This document shows, one piece after another, positions 21,894-33,664 of a stretch of 45,050 bases of DNA. Made by a program: the position numbers and the translations under genes. Source of the stretch: an uncultured cyanobacterium (GTDB lineage Bacteria; Cyanobacteriota; Cyanobacteriia; Cyanobacteriales; Microcystaceae); assembly GCA_963807635.1 (NCBI GenBank), contig CAWEDJ010000083.1, positions 1 to 45,050 on the forward strand, read 5' to 3'. Numbering within the stretch: position 1 is the first letter of the stretch; each line of letters starts with the position of its first letter. The notes under the pieces are model-generated. The model was not told where the DNA came from, did no database searches, and saw only the letters and a list, made by a program, of their open reading frames with translations.

Positions 21894-23724
21894 ATGGAAA
21901 ATTCTTCATTAAACTGGCAAGAATTCATTAAATCCTCAGTTGTTGCAGCGGTTAGTTCTTTTAGGTCAGCAACCTGGCATTATTAAGCAGGATATTGGCC
22001 AAAAAATCATTGATCGTTGCGATCGCTTTTTGAATCGTTTACCGCTATTGAGTCAATACCTACAGCGTTGGCAAGGGATTAATGAAATGTCTGTAGATTC
22101 TGTACCTATTGTCTATGCTTTATCTGCTTTGAGAGAGTCAGGAAATAATGAAAGTTTTACAGTAAATCAGGTTAATCATTTAGCATCAAATACTGAGAAA
22201 ACGATAGAGACGAAGATAGAATCTTCTCTATCGCCATTAGTAACTATTAATGATGCTCAAGAAAAGAGAGAGTCTGTTATCGAAAATCCTATAGTAGTCC
22301 AGCCATCAACGGTGAATGAAATTTCTCCATCGATAGAAATGCCTCTACCCTTTAATTATACATCTGTAACGCCTTGTCAAGAGTCAGGAAATAATGAAAG
22401 TTTTATAATAAATCAGGTTAATAATTTAGAATCAAATACTGAGAAAACAATACAAACAAAAACAGAATCTTCTCAAACACCATTAGCACAAAGTAATTAT
22501 TTTATAGAAAAGAGACAACCTAATATTGTCAATTCTATAAATTCTATAATAGTTCAACCATCAACAGCGAATGAAATTTCTCCAGCGATAGAAATGCCTC
22601 TGTCAATTAATTCTACCCCTGTACCATCTTTGCAAGAGTCAGAAAAAAATGAAAGTTTTACGGTAGGTCAAGTTAATGATTTAGAATCAAATACCGAGAG
22701 AACAATACAGACAAAGATAGAACCTTCTCAACTACCACCAGTACCAATTAATTATTCTCTAGACAAAAGAGAGGCTACTATCGACAATCCTATGGTAGTT
22801 CAGCCATTAATGATGAATGAAATTGTTCCAGTAATAGAAATGCCTCTAATCATGGATTCAGACTCTTTAGAGGTGATCGCAACTTCATCTACTATGATTC
22901 CTTCAAAATCTAGATCAGAAAATTCAGATTCTATGGGTAATAACAAAAAAAACAATATTTCTTTAACGCAATATAAAACTGTTCATCCATTATCGATTAT
23001 AGATGATCTTTTATTGTCCAATCAGACATATTCATTGATTAATAATGTTTTAAAAAAGGAAGATCCATTACCTATTACCAAAATTATTGATAGAAATTCT
23101 AATTTTTCAAATAGAAAATATCTAATTGTTAATCCTTTATTACAAGAAAAATCTTCTAAGTTATTATCTCAAAATAAGCCTATCCAAGAACGCCCTTTAA
23201 GTCTGCCTATATCATCAACCAATTCATCATTAGTCAATTATTCTGAGAATACACAACAAATGTTTAATTGCTCTTTAGAAGAACCTATAACCGAGAATTT
23301 TTTAGTAGAGTCGATGTTCTTAGAACAGGGAAAAGTTAAGTTGCCTGTCATTAAAGTTTCTAATCAATCCCTTTCAGAAAATATAGAAAATGAACTCCGA
23401 ATGCCACCATCAAGTCCCTCAAAAATGCCCAGAATTAACGCAAAAACTACTGGTGATAGGTCTGCGATCGCGACTCCCTTACCCCTAGCTTTCAGAAGTT
23501 CATCATTGCCCAGTTCTTCTAGCTTTGATGTTCCAAGGCGATCGCCACAGCAGAGTCCAGAAATGCCTAAAGTTTTTGCCGCCCCATTTCCTCCCACAGA
23601 GACCAGAATTTCCCCCATGCAAACATCTTCACCAAAAGTTGACCTAGAGGCGATCGCTCACCAAGTTGAACGAAAAATTATGCGACGTTTAGTGATCGAA
23701 AGTGAACGTAGAGGACAAAAATGA
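21894..23724 (+). CDS. Low-complexity repeat protein of the CIS (tape-measure/spacer candidate); probable +1 error near 21931
   Basis: Three ~82-85 aa repeats; C-terminal DLEAIAHQVERKIMRRLVIESERRG; stop overlaps the LysM gene start. Confidence 0.7.
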
Positions 23725-24392
23725 TGAGTTTAGAAAAATTAAAAATTTATGCCGAGAAAAGCACAGGACAAAAACCTGATACATTTCCTTTACTCATTAA
23801 AGTTCCCTTTAATCCGAATCAAATTACTGTTACTAAATCAGGAAGCGGAGTTGAATTTGATCAACTGACAACAACCTATAATTTTCTCGAAGATCCTGCA
23901 ACTTTAAGTATTAATTTATTTTTTGATACCACCCTCGAAAAAAATCCCCCCGAAAATGTTCAGAATTACACAAGACTCATTTATAATTTGACACAAATTG
24001 ATATGAACTTGAAACGTCCTCCCCGATGTCGGTTAGTATGGGGGACAATATCGGGAAAGGATAGTGTTTTATTGCCCGATGGTTTTTTAATGAGTGTGAC
24101 TAAAACCCTAACCTACTTTCTTGAAGATGGAACGCCTGTTCGTGCTACGTTGGATTGCAAGTTTAAAGAATGGCAAGAGCCAGGAACAAAAGCTAAAATT
24201 GGCAATCCGATTGATGATCCCGTAAGGATTGTAAAACGCGGAGAAAGCCTAAGTAGTATTGCCACAGAAGAATATGGTGATCCCTTACTCTGGCGAGTTA
24301 TTGCCGCCGAAAATCGCTTGATTAATCCTCGAATTTTACATCCAGGAACAGTGCTAACAATTCCTCCTTTGAGGGTCAATAAAACTAATTAA
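23721..24392 (+). CDS. Tube initiator / LysM protein (Pvc7/Afp7-like)
   Basis: FNPNQI, LFFDT, PPRCRLVWG, GTPVRA; LysM VKRGESLSSIATEEYGDPLLWRVIAAEN. Confidence 0.9.
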   Translation: MMSLEKLKIYAEKSTGQKPDTFPLLIKVPFNPNQITVTKSGSGVEFDQLTTTYNFLEDPATLSINLFFDTTLEKNPPENVQNYTRLIYNLTQIDMNLKRPPRCRLVWGTISGKDSVLLPDGFLMSVTKTLTYFLEDGTPVRATLDCKFKEWQEPGTKAKIGNPIDDPVRIVKRGESLSSIATEEYGDPLLWRVIAAENRLINPRILHPGTVLTIPPLRVNKTN

Positions 24393-24472
24393 ACAAGGTA
24401 ATCATTATGAAATAAATAAAGTGAATTAACATCTTAATTTTGTTCATCAAGAATTAATAATTACAATTTATT

Positions 24473-25528
24473 ATGCCACGTAGCTATTTAGTTCCTAATT
24501 GTAACATTTTAATTAATGAAAAATCTCTCTCTATTGAAGCAAGTACTGATTTAGTATCAATTTTGATTTCTCAAGATCTGGAAGTACCGAGTATGTTTGA
24601 ATTTAAAGTCATTACTTGGGATTTAGTTAAACAAGAAGTAACTTGGGCAGATAATAAGTTATTTGAAATTGGGAATGCGGTAGAAATTCAAATGGGATAT
24701 GAAGATGACATTAAAACAATCATTACAGGAGAAATTACTGCTTTAGAGCCTGAATTTAGCCAAGAATCTGTCCCCTTATTAGGAGTGAGAGGTCATGATT
24801 TACGTCATCGATTATTGCGTGGTAGTCAGACAAAATCTTTTCTCAATGTAAAAGACAGTGAAATTGCTAGTCAGATTGCTAGGGCCAGAGGATTGAATGC
24901 CAAGGTTACTGACAGTAAAGTAAAGCTAGAATATGTCCTACAACATAATCAAACTGACTGGGATTTTTTAAAAACTCGCGCCCAACGCATTGGCTATGAA
25001 GTTGTTGTTGATAAAAAAGATTTATATTTTTGTCCTCATAAAAATGATGCTAATAAGGTTTTAACGCTTACTTACAATGAGGATTTATTTGAATTTTTTC
25101 CTCGCTTAAGTAGTCTAACTCAAGTTTCTGAAGTAGAAGTCAGAAGTTGGAATTCTCAAACCAAAGAAGTTGTGGTGAGTAAAGCGGCGGCGGGTAAAGA
25201 AAAAAGTAAAATGGGAGGAGATACAACAGGATCTCAAATTATCCGAACTTTTGGAAAATCTGGTAACAGAATTGTCGATCAGCCGATGTCAACCAAGGCA
25301 GAAGCAGATGAAATGGCATTAGGACAATTTCGAGATATTTCGATGAACTATATTGTAGCGGAGGGGAATAGTCGGGGAAATCCTGATTTAAGAATCGGCA
25401 CAGTGATTGAAGTTAAAGGTATTGGTAAGCGTTTCAGTGGTCTTTACTACGTCACCACTGCCGAACACAAATTTTCACCCGATCAAGGGTATCAAACCCT
25501 ATTTACCGTTAGGAGGACTGCGACATGA
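24473..25528 (+). CDS. Phage late control D / gp27-like hub (VgrG N-terminal part)
   Basis: IQMGY, QHNQTDWDFLKTRAQRIGYE, GKRFSGLYYV. Confidence 0.9.
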   Translation: MPRSYLVPNCNILINEKSLSIEASTDLVSILISQDLEVPSMFEFKVITWDLVKQEVTWADNKLFEIGNAVEIQMGYEDDIKTIITGEITALEPEFSQESVPLLGVRGHDLRHRLLRGSQTKSFLNVKDSEIASQIARARGLNAKVTDSKVKLEYVLQHNQTDWDFLKTRAQRIGYEVVVDKKDLYFCPHKNDANKVLTLTYNEDLFEFFPRLSSLTQVSEVEVRSWNSQTKEVVVSKAAAGKEKSKMGGDTTGSQIIRTFGKSGNRIVDQPMSTKAEADEMALGQFRDISMNYIVAEGNSRGNPDLRIGTVIEVKGIGKRFSGLYYVTTAEHKFSPDQGYQTLFTVRRTAT

Positions 25529-26229
25529 TGGGAATGGATTTATTAATGCCAAAGGAACAAAATAATAAATTTTATGGTGTAACGATCGCGATCGTGACTA
25601 ATAATCAAGATCCCAAAAAAATGGGTCGAATTAAGGTTAAGTTCCCTTGGTTATCAGAAAATGATGAAAGTGATTGGTCTAGGGTTGTTAGTCCGATGGC
25701 AGGAAAAGATCGTGGTTTATTTTTGTTGCCTGAAGTTGATGACGAAGTTTTAGTGGCTTTTGAGCATGGTGATATGAATTTTCCCTATATTCTTGGTTCA
25801 TTATGGAATGGAAAAGATGTTCCCCCCGACGTGAATGAAGATGGAAAAAACAATAAAAGAATGATTAAGTCGCGGAGTGGTCATACTATTACTTTAGATG
25901 ACACTGAAGGCGAAGAGAAAATTATTATTGAAGATAAAACAGGAAAGAATCAAATTATTATTGACTCAAAAGAAAATACGATGAATATTAAAGTAGAAAA
26001 GGACTTAACCATTGAAACAGGGGGGAAAATTTTCTTAAAAAGTAGTGATGATGATGTTTCGATAGAATGTAAAAATTTATCTATTAAAACCCAGGAAAAC
26101 TATCAATTAGAAACAGGGAAAAATTGTACCGTTAAAGCTAAAGCTAAATATAAACTAGAAGCTTCATCGGGCTTAGATATTAAATGTTCAGCAGGTGTAA
26201 AAGTTAATAATTCGCTGGAGGTAGTATAA
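25525..26229 (+). CDS. Baseplate assembly protein V / gp5-like spike
   Basis: VTNNQDP, GRIKVKFPW, LPEVDDEVLVAFEHGD, SRSGH; beta-repeat C-terminus. Confidence 0.93.
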   Translation: MMGMDLLMPKEQNNKFYGVTIAIVTNNQDPKKMGRIKVKFPWLSENDESDWSRVVSPMAGKDRGLFLLPEVDDEVLVAFEHGDMNFPYILGSLWNGKDVPPDVNEDGKNNKRMIKSRSGHTITLDDTEGEEKIIIEDKTGKNQIIIDSKENTMNIKVEKDLTIETGGKIFLKSSDDDVSIECKNLSIKTQENYQLETGKNCTVKAKAKYKLEASSGLDIKCSAGVKVNNSLEVV

Positions 26230-26618
26230 TGGATATTGATTTTTTAGGAGTGGGTTGGACAAGCCCCGTAAAGATTGATGAAAAAGGCCAAATCAAAACC
26301 CAAAAATATGAAGATTCAGTTCGTCAATCTATTATCATGATTCTGTGTACAGCCAAAGGAGAACGGGTAATGCGTCCTAATTTTGGTTGTGGCATCTATG
26401 AAAGGGTATTTTCCCCTAATAATCTGGGAACCATTGGTCAAATTGTTAGTGATGTGAGAGAGGCTTTAATTGAGTGGGAACCTCGTGTTGATGTTTTAGA
26501 TGTTGATACCATTTCCGATGCGAGTCAACCTAATGTTATTTTTATTCAAATAAACTATCAAGTCCGCACTACTAATAATATTTTTAATTTAGTTTATCCA
26601 TTTTATTTAAATCAATAA
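26229..26618 (+). CDS. GPW/gp25 baseplate protein
   Basis: GERVMRPNFGC, EWEPRV, NLVYPFYL. Confidence 0.95.
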   Translation: MDIDFLGVGWTSPVKIDEKGQIKTQKYEDSVRQSIIMILCTAKGERVMRPNFGCGIYERVFSPNNLGTIGQIVSDVREALIEWEPRVDVLDVDTISDASQPNVIFIQINYQVRTTNNIFNLVYPFYLNQ

Positions 26619-26659
26619 CAACTATTTCTCTATTTCAAACCTACTATTGATGATTAAAT

Positions 26660-29600
26660 ATGACTTCTTTACCGCCTAAAATTGACCAACGCACTTATGA
26701 AGAAATTGTTCAACAAACAGAAGCCTTTGTTGAAGATTATACCAATGAGTTAGAAAGAGGATGGAAATCCTCTAGAATCGATGGAAGTTGAGCCAAAGTC
26801 TGAATTACTAACTGGTCTGATTTTAAATCAAAAAATTCCTATTATAGTTGAGGCAAAAGTTGATAATTTAAAAGGTCGTATTCTGAATCAGGATGTTGAT
26901 TTAGGTGATAATTTGATTATCAAAAAAGGTACGCAAATTAATGATAACCTATCTCAGCGTATTGTTCAAATTAAGGAAAACCAATTAGTAGAAGTATTAT
27001 TAGCGACGAGAAATACTCTCATAGATGCAACCTTAGCTCAACAGATTAGTCAAATTAATGGATTGGAGCAAGTAAAAGTTAAAGTACAGCCGCGTAGTGT
27101 AATTCAAGTTGAGCGAAAATACTGGATTGATCAAATTTTAGCTGAAGATATAGGCAGTGAGCTTAAATCAGGTACGGTAATAACTGAAGCTATAGCTAAA
27201 AAAATTGAAGAGCAGGGAAGAAGCAAGATCAAGATCAAGATAGAAACCGATGCGGGTCAAGCTTTAATTCGCATTTTTGGCCGTATGGTCACTAAAGTTA
27301 GCGATCGCCTCAATCAAGTCCCTGAGAAAAATTTTCTTGCTTTTCTCGATTTAATTGGAGGACAATTACAGCCGCCCCAACCCGCAAAAGTTCCCTTAAC
27401 TTTTTATTTAGCCGAAGCGAGTCCAGTGGGGTCATTGGTTCCAGCTTATACCCAAATTTCTGCTCCTCCCTTGGAAGGAAATGATGAGGAAATTATTTTT
27501 GAAACTGAGCAGGAACTGATGGTTACCACCGCTCAATTAAAAGCCGTATTTGTACGGGAACCCAGTCAAGATAAATATGGCGACTATACCTTATCTGCTA
27601 CGGGAAAAGAAGATCAATCTTTTTTAGTTTTTTCAGGTAATCGTCCGATTGAACATTATCTTTATATTACTTGTCCTGAAATATTTAATTTACCTGAATT
27701 ATCCAATTTAACCTTAACTATTGAGGCCGAATAATCTTCAAAATATGGCTGATTTATTTAAAGATAAATCTTTAGTCTGGTCTTACTGGAATGGTCAAGG
27801 GTGGTCTAGTCTTAGCCCGACGATTGAAGGGAATAAGTTTATTTTTAATAAAATTACAGTTCCTACTGGCTCTGAAATTAATGGGAAATCAGGAAAATGG
27901 CTACAAGCTAAATTAAATATTTTATTTAATAATCCTCCTATTATTAATGATACGAGAATCAATGAAATTATCATTAATGAAATTAAAGGTAGCACAAATA
28001 TCAATCAATCAAAGCTAATCCCTGAAGTTTGTTTATATAATGATACCCCCTTAGATCAGAGTAAGGATTTCTATCCTTTTGGAGAAGAACCTCAATTATA
28101 TGATACTTTTTATATTGCCTTACATGATGCCTTTGTTAAACCTAGCGCAAGTATCAAGCTGACTTTTGAATTAAGTCATACTCCCAATTTAAATTTAAAA
28201 CCTTCTGAAATAATAATTACTTGGGAAATGGAAGAACAGGGAGAATGGAAAAAAATTGCAACGGAAGAAAGTGAAAATCAACTATGGATGAATTCAGCCC
28301 CTCAGTTGATTAAAAATAGTCCAATGACTACGACATTAAAGTTTCCCCAACAAGTTCCTTCACCCAGTACGGTTAATGGAGAAACTCGTTACTGGATTCG
28401 CGCCAGAATTACCCAGGGACTTTACGGCCAAGCTCCTATTATCAGAAAATATGCTATCTATAATGAGGTCGCGATCGTTGATAGTGTCACTAGTGATAAA
28501 ACCATTTCTATCGTAGGTACAGCATCAGATTTTTTTAAAGCGGGTGATATTATCCGATTAGTCTGGTTAGAAAATAATAATGAAAAAAGAGAAGAATATA
28601 AAATTCAAAGTCTTACTAATAACCAATTAACCTTAGAAACATTAATTACTAATTCCCAAGCCAAAGCAAAAGGAACAAAAATTTTATTAAGATACGTCAC
28701 GTCTGAAACCATTCCACCGAATTATGATCCGCCGATCATTAAATCTCTTAAATTAACCTATAAATTTGATTTTAATGAAGAGTCAATTTATTTTGCCTAC
28801 AATGATTTTCATTATTCTCAGCCAACAAAATCAGAGATAAAATTAACGGATAAAGTTCATCAAGGGAGTCCAATCTTAAGCCTTAATTCGATTGAAAGTT
28901 TGGCCGTTGGAGAATTTTTAACGTTTCCCTCAGAGACTAATCCAGAAGTTCACCAAATTGAGTATATCAATCCTCAAACTTGTCAACTTATCCTAGCAGA
29001 AAGCCTCAGTCAAGCCTACTCAAAGGATACTCCAATTGATTGTCATTTTCGACCATTTATTCCTACTCTTGATAAAAAGCCTAGTTTATATCTTGGATTT
29101 GATAAACCCTTTGGGAATCAGACCGTTACTCTCTATGCCCAAGTAAATCCCCCTTCCCCTAAAGAATTATCTACCTCAGAAACCGTTCTTAAAGAAGCTG
29201 CCAACATCGAAGACAAAAGCATTAAGTTTGATGCTATTACAGGTTGGCAAAAAGAGGGAAATATAGAAATTGAAAACCCTAATAATAGCAAACAATATGA
29301 TAAATATAAGTATATAATTAGAAATAAAGAAGAACAAACAAATAATGATCAACAGGAAAATCAAATTACTGTTGATCCACCTCTGTTAAGAAACTATAGT
29401 CAAGGAACCAGAGTTATTTACCCTATAAAACCAGAATTAGTCTGTATAAAACCAGAATTAGTCTGGGAATATTTTAGCCCCCTGGGTTGGCAAACTTTAG
29501 GAGTGAATGACGAAACAAAAGCATTTTCCCATCGAGGTTTAATTCAATTCATTGCTCCTAGCGATTTCACAAAATCAATTATATTTAATCAAGACTTATA

Positions 29601-30948
29601 CTGGTTAAGAGTTCGTTGGCAAGGGGGAAATTTTTCGATTCAGCCTCCTTTAAATCGAATTTTGACCAATACAACCTGGGCAGTTCAGGCAACTACGATC
29701 CAAGAAGAAATATTAGGTTCAAGTAATTACGAAGCTCACCAAACTTTTACTGCCCGTTATTCACCGATTTTAATAGGAGAAAAATTAGAAATTCGAGAAA
29801 ATAAAATTCCTGAACAGTTAGATTCAGATAAATTGACAGTGATTCGAGATGATTTAGGAGAGATTGAAGAAATTTGGGTAACTTGGCAAGAGGTTTCTGA
29901 TTTTTATAGTTCAACAGAGGGCGATCGCCATTATTTATTGGATCGTCAGACGGGAAAAATTCGCTTTGGTAATGGCCAGGCGGGGATGATTCCACCGAGG
30001 GGTCGTAATAATATTCGTCTCTCTTTTTATCGGGTTGGCGGCGGTGAACAGGGCAATCTCGTTTCCCAATCGGTCAATCAACTTAAGACCACTGTTCCCT
30101 ATATTGATCGAGTCGTTAATTTAGAAGCGGCGGCTGGGGGTGCAGATCAAGAAAAGCTCGAACGCCTCAAAGAACGAGTCCCGAAAAAATTACGCCACCG
30201 AAATCGGGCAGTAACGCTTCAAGATATAGAAGATTTAGCCTATGAAGCTTCTACCGATGTTGCTAGGGTTAAATTGATTACACCAGACTTGATGATTCAG
30301 CAATTTAGTGCATTAAATGGAGGTTTCTGGTTGGAGCCAACTAAGCCAGATATAAAACTTGATGATTATCTCAAAAGCCAAATTACCAAATCTGATGAAT
30401 TTGAAAAGATGATACAAGACATTAATGATAATTCAGGAAACGTTAAATTAATAGTCTTGCCTAATAGTAAAGAACGTCAGCCCAATCCTAGTTTAGCTTT
30501 ATTAGAAAAAGTTCAAAGCTATATTCGATCGCGTTGTGAGGCGATGTTAGATTTAACTGTCATTGCTCCCCAATGGCAAGAAATTATTGTAACTGCCACT
30601 ATCATCCCCACCAGTTATCAAGGATTAGACCGCCTCAGAGAGACAATTAATCAGCGTTTAGAGTCCTTTTTACATCCCCTCACTGGAGGAAGTGGAGACG
30701 GTTGGCGATTTGGACGCTATCCCCAAATGTCTGATTTTTACTCACTCATTCAGTCCATTTCTGGGGTTGATCATGTGGATTCATTAGAGATTAATCCTAA
30801 TCCCATAATTTCTAGGGTTGATCATGTGGATTCATTAAAGATTAATCCTAATCTCAAATCACACGAACTACCGCGCGAATTAGCTGCCAACTTATTAATT
30901 TTTTCGGGTCATCATATTATTAGTTTGAAATCTTCTGGAGGAAATTAG
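26660..30948 (+). CDS. Large baseplate J-like protein (Pvc11-like); two apparent +1 frameshifts near 26767 and 27725
   Basis: PPKIDQRTYEEIV, RLNQVPEKNFLAFLDLIG, FYPFGEEP, YWIRARI, GKIRFGNG, RAVTLQDIE, FLHPLTGG. Confidence 0.88.
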
Positions 30949-30951
30949 ATA

Positions 30952-32037
30952 ATGAATTTACCGTTACCTAATTTAGATGATCATAGTTATGCTGATTTGG
31001 TGCAAGAGGCGATCGCGCTTATTCCCCTCGAATATCCTGAATGGACTGATCATAATCCAACGGATACGGGAATTATTCTGATCGAATTATTTGCTTGGTT
31101 AACAGAAATGATGCTTTATCAAGTTAATCAAATTCCTGATCAAAATTATGCTAGTTTTGTTAGTTTATTAAAGGGAGAAAAATGGAATTTACCGAAAGAA
31201 TCTGCTGAAGAAAAACAGAAACAACTCCAACTTGAAATCAGAAACACCTTATTAGAATTAAGAAAAACCTATCGGGCTGTCACGATAGAAGATTACGAAA
31301 AACTGATTCTTGAAAACTGGAAAGAGGAGATAAAAAATAAGAGACAACAGTCAAAAGATTTTGCCAGAGGAGAATCTATTGTTAGGGTTAATTGTTTGCC
31401 TCTAAGAAAACCAGTGAGAAAATCAGATGAAACTAACGTAAAAAAAGATGATATTACTCTAGTTGATGCGAAAGGTCATATTACTCTAGTTGTTGTTAAA
31501 GATAAAGATGATGATATCGCCACTAAAGAAAATAATAATATAATCAGCAAAGAAACTGATCCCTATCCAAATCTCTTAGAATTTCTAGATCAGCGAAGAT
31601 TACTAACCACTCGTATTCATCTAGTCGATCCTAAATATGTATCAGTTAATCTCGAAACAATATTAGTGATTGAAGATGGCATCAAGCCAGAAAATGTTAA
31701 AGAAAATGCTCAGGAAGCGTTAAAATATTATTTTCATCCTCGGCAATCAGGACAATATTGGCAAGGCAAGGGCTATCCCTTTGGTCGCAATGTTTATCTA
31801 TCGGAATTGTATCAACTGTTGGATAATTTATCTGGGGTAGATTATGTAAAAGAATTAATTATTAATCCAGAAGAGAGTCCTAAAACAGTAGTCACTCAAA
31901 TTAGGTCAGATGCTCAAATTAGGTCAGATGATAGCACATTGATTGGAATTAGGTTAGATGATGACCAGTTGATCGAGTTTCAAACTGCAAAAATTACAAT
32001 TGAGGTGAAGGTGGGCAATGAATTTAAACCAGTCTGA
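30952..32037 (+). CDS. Second baseplate J/gp47-family protein
   Basis: PNLDD, WTDHNPTDTGIILIELFAW, RAVTIEDYE, RRLLTTR, PFGRNVYLSE. Confidence 0.9.
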   Translation: MNLPLPNLDDHSYADLVQEAIALIPLEYPEWTDHNPTDTGIILIELFAWLTEMMLYQVNQIPDQNYASFVSLLKGEKWNLPKESAEEKQKQLQLEIRNTLLELRKTYRAVTIEDYEKLILENWKEEIKNKRQQSKDFARGESIVRVNCLPLRKPVRKSDETNVKKDDITLVDAKGHITLVVVKDKDDDIATKENNNIISKETDPYPNLLEFLDQRRLLTTRIHLVDPKYVSVNLETILVIEDGIKPENVKENAQEALKYYFHPRQSGQYWQGKGYPFGRNVYLSELYQLLDNLSGVDYVKELIINPEESPKTVVTQIRSDAQIRSDDSTLIGIRLDDDQLIEFQTAKITIEVKVGNEFKPV

Positions 32038-33652
32038 GTCAGTTAGTAGAGATCAGGAGCTAGTTAGTAGCTATCTGCAATATTTACCTGCTATTATGCA
32101 GGAAGATCCCTTTATAAGTAGGTTTTTATTAGCCTTTGAAAAGATTCTTTCGGGGGTAAAAGATTTACCCAGTGATGAAAAAATTATTCAAGGAAATAGC
32201 AATAATGTTCCTGGATTAGAAGAGGTTATTAGTCGGGTTGAGACTTATTTTGATCCTCAAGAAACGCCAGAACAATTTTTGCCTTGGTTGGCGGGTTGGG
32301 TTGCTTTAAGTTTACGGGATGATTGGGAACTTAAGGCTAAACGAGCATTTATCCAGCAAATTGTCAAACTATATCGACAAAGAGGGACAAAAGATGGCTT
32401 AACCGAAGTTTTAAAGCTCTATCTAATCAATTCGGGTTTTGGCGATAAGGTTCAAATTGTTGACCAATTTGATAATTTCCCGAATTATTTTCAGGTTCAA
32501 TTAACGTTAAATGACCGCGATCCTGAAAAGTATTGGCGACAGTCTAGGATTGCTAAAGCTATTATTGATCAAGAAAAGCCCGCCCATACCTGGTATTCGT
32601 TGAAAATTCTTGTGCCAACGATGCAATTGACCAAACCATCTAAGGAGATTAACTGTCCTTTTAAGTTATTTGCATCAACTCAAAATCAAACCTTTACCAT
32701 AGAAGTTAAAATTACGCCAGATCAAAATAGCACTAGTGAAATAAATCGATTAGCAAAACAGTTAATAATTCAATTACAAGGTAACTCAACACCAATCATT
32801 ATTGATTCACCTCCACCCAGCATAGATAATAATAATCAATTTTTTACGATTAAGTATTCATTAAACTATCAACAGTTTCAAGATAACTTGGATGGTTTTT
32901 ATATTAAACTGTCTAATCGCACAGACAAAGATTTCAATGGGAACTTAGCGGTTAAACTTTATTTTTATATTAATGAGATAGAACATAGCGAAACTATACT
33001 AGAACAACTGCTTAATTTATCACCTGTATTAAAAATCTGTCGTCAAAATCAAGATTTAGAAATTATTGAAGGAAATACTATTTTTAAACAAGAAAATCAA
33101 CCGCAAACAGTAGCGATGAGAATTACAGAATATGAGTGGACTCAACCCTACAAATTTAAAACATTTACATCTCCTAAAATCCAAAAATTACAGCCAAAAA
33201 TTACAGCAATCATTGAAAAAATCGACATAAAAGCCATCGTCGAAATAACTAAACCGAATTCAGTTACTACAGATTTACTCAATAAAATTACACTTCGACT
33301 GCAAGATCACGTTTCAGATTCGCATTTATTAACGCCAGATACACGCATTGAGAATAATAAAATTATTATTAAGCGTCGCCTCTATTATCCTGATTTTATG
33401 GTAAAAATAGATAGGCTGTCAGTCATTATCAAAAATCTGAATGAAGTTGATATTGCTGGTAAACTAATTGTACAAGTCTCTTTAGATATTAATCAGGGTT
33501 TATCTACTCATAATTTACTCACCAATTTTTTTACTATCAATAAACCCGATAATATCTTACAGATATGCCGTCAGGCAGAGGGCGATGGAAAAATTGATGC
33601 AGGTAAAATTCCCACAATTTTAGGAACAACCACACTTAATTTATTAAATTAA
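32018..33652 (+). CDS. Tail protein I (P2 gpI-like) with a duplicated C-terminal extension
   Basis: YLQYLPAI, FLPWLAGWVA, RGTKDGL, EKPAHT. Confidence 0.85.
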   Translation: MNLNQSESVSRDQELVSSYLQYLPAIMQEDPFISRFLLAFEKILSGVKDLPSDEKIIQGNSNNVPGLEEVISRVETYFDPQETPEQFLPWLAGWVALSLRDDWELKAKRAFIQQIVKLYRQRGTKDGLTEVLKLYLINSGFGDKVQIVDQFDNFPNYFQVQLTLNDRDPEKYWRQSRIAKAIIDQEKPAHTWYSLKILVPTMQLTKPSKEINCPFKLFASTQNQTFTIEVKITPDQNSTSEINRLAKQLIIQLQGNSTPIIIDSPPPSIDNNNQFFTIKYSLNYQQFQDNLDGFYIKLSNRTDKDFNGNLAVKLYFYINEIEHSETILEQLLNLSPVLKICRQNQDLEIIEGNTIFKQENQPQTVAMRITEYEWTQPYKFKTFTSPKIQKLQPKITAIIEKIDIKAIVEITKPNSVTTDLLNKITLRLQDHVSDSHLLTPDTRIENNKIIIKRRLYYPDFMVKIDRLSVIIKNLNEVDIAGKLIVQVSLDINQGLSTHNLLTNFFTINKPDNILQICRQAEGDGKIDAGKIPTILGTTTLNLLN

Positions 33653-33664
33653 CAGGAGAAAATC

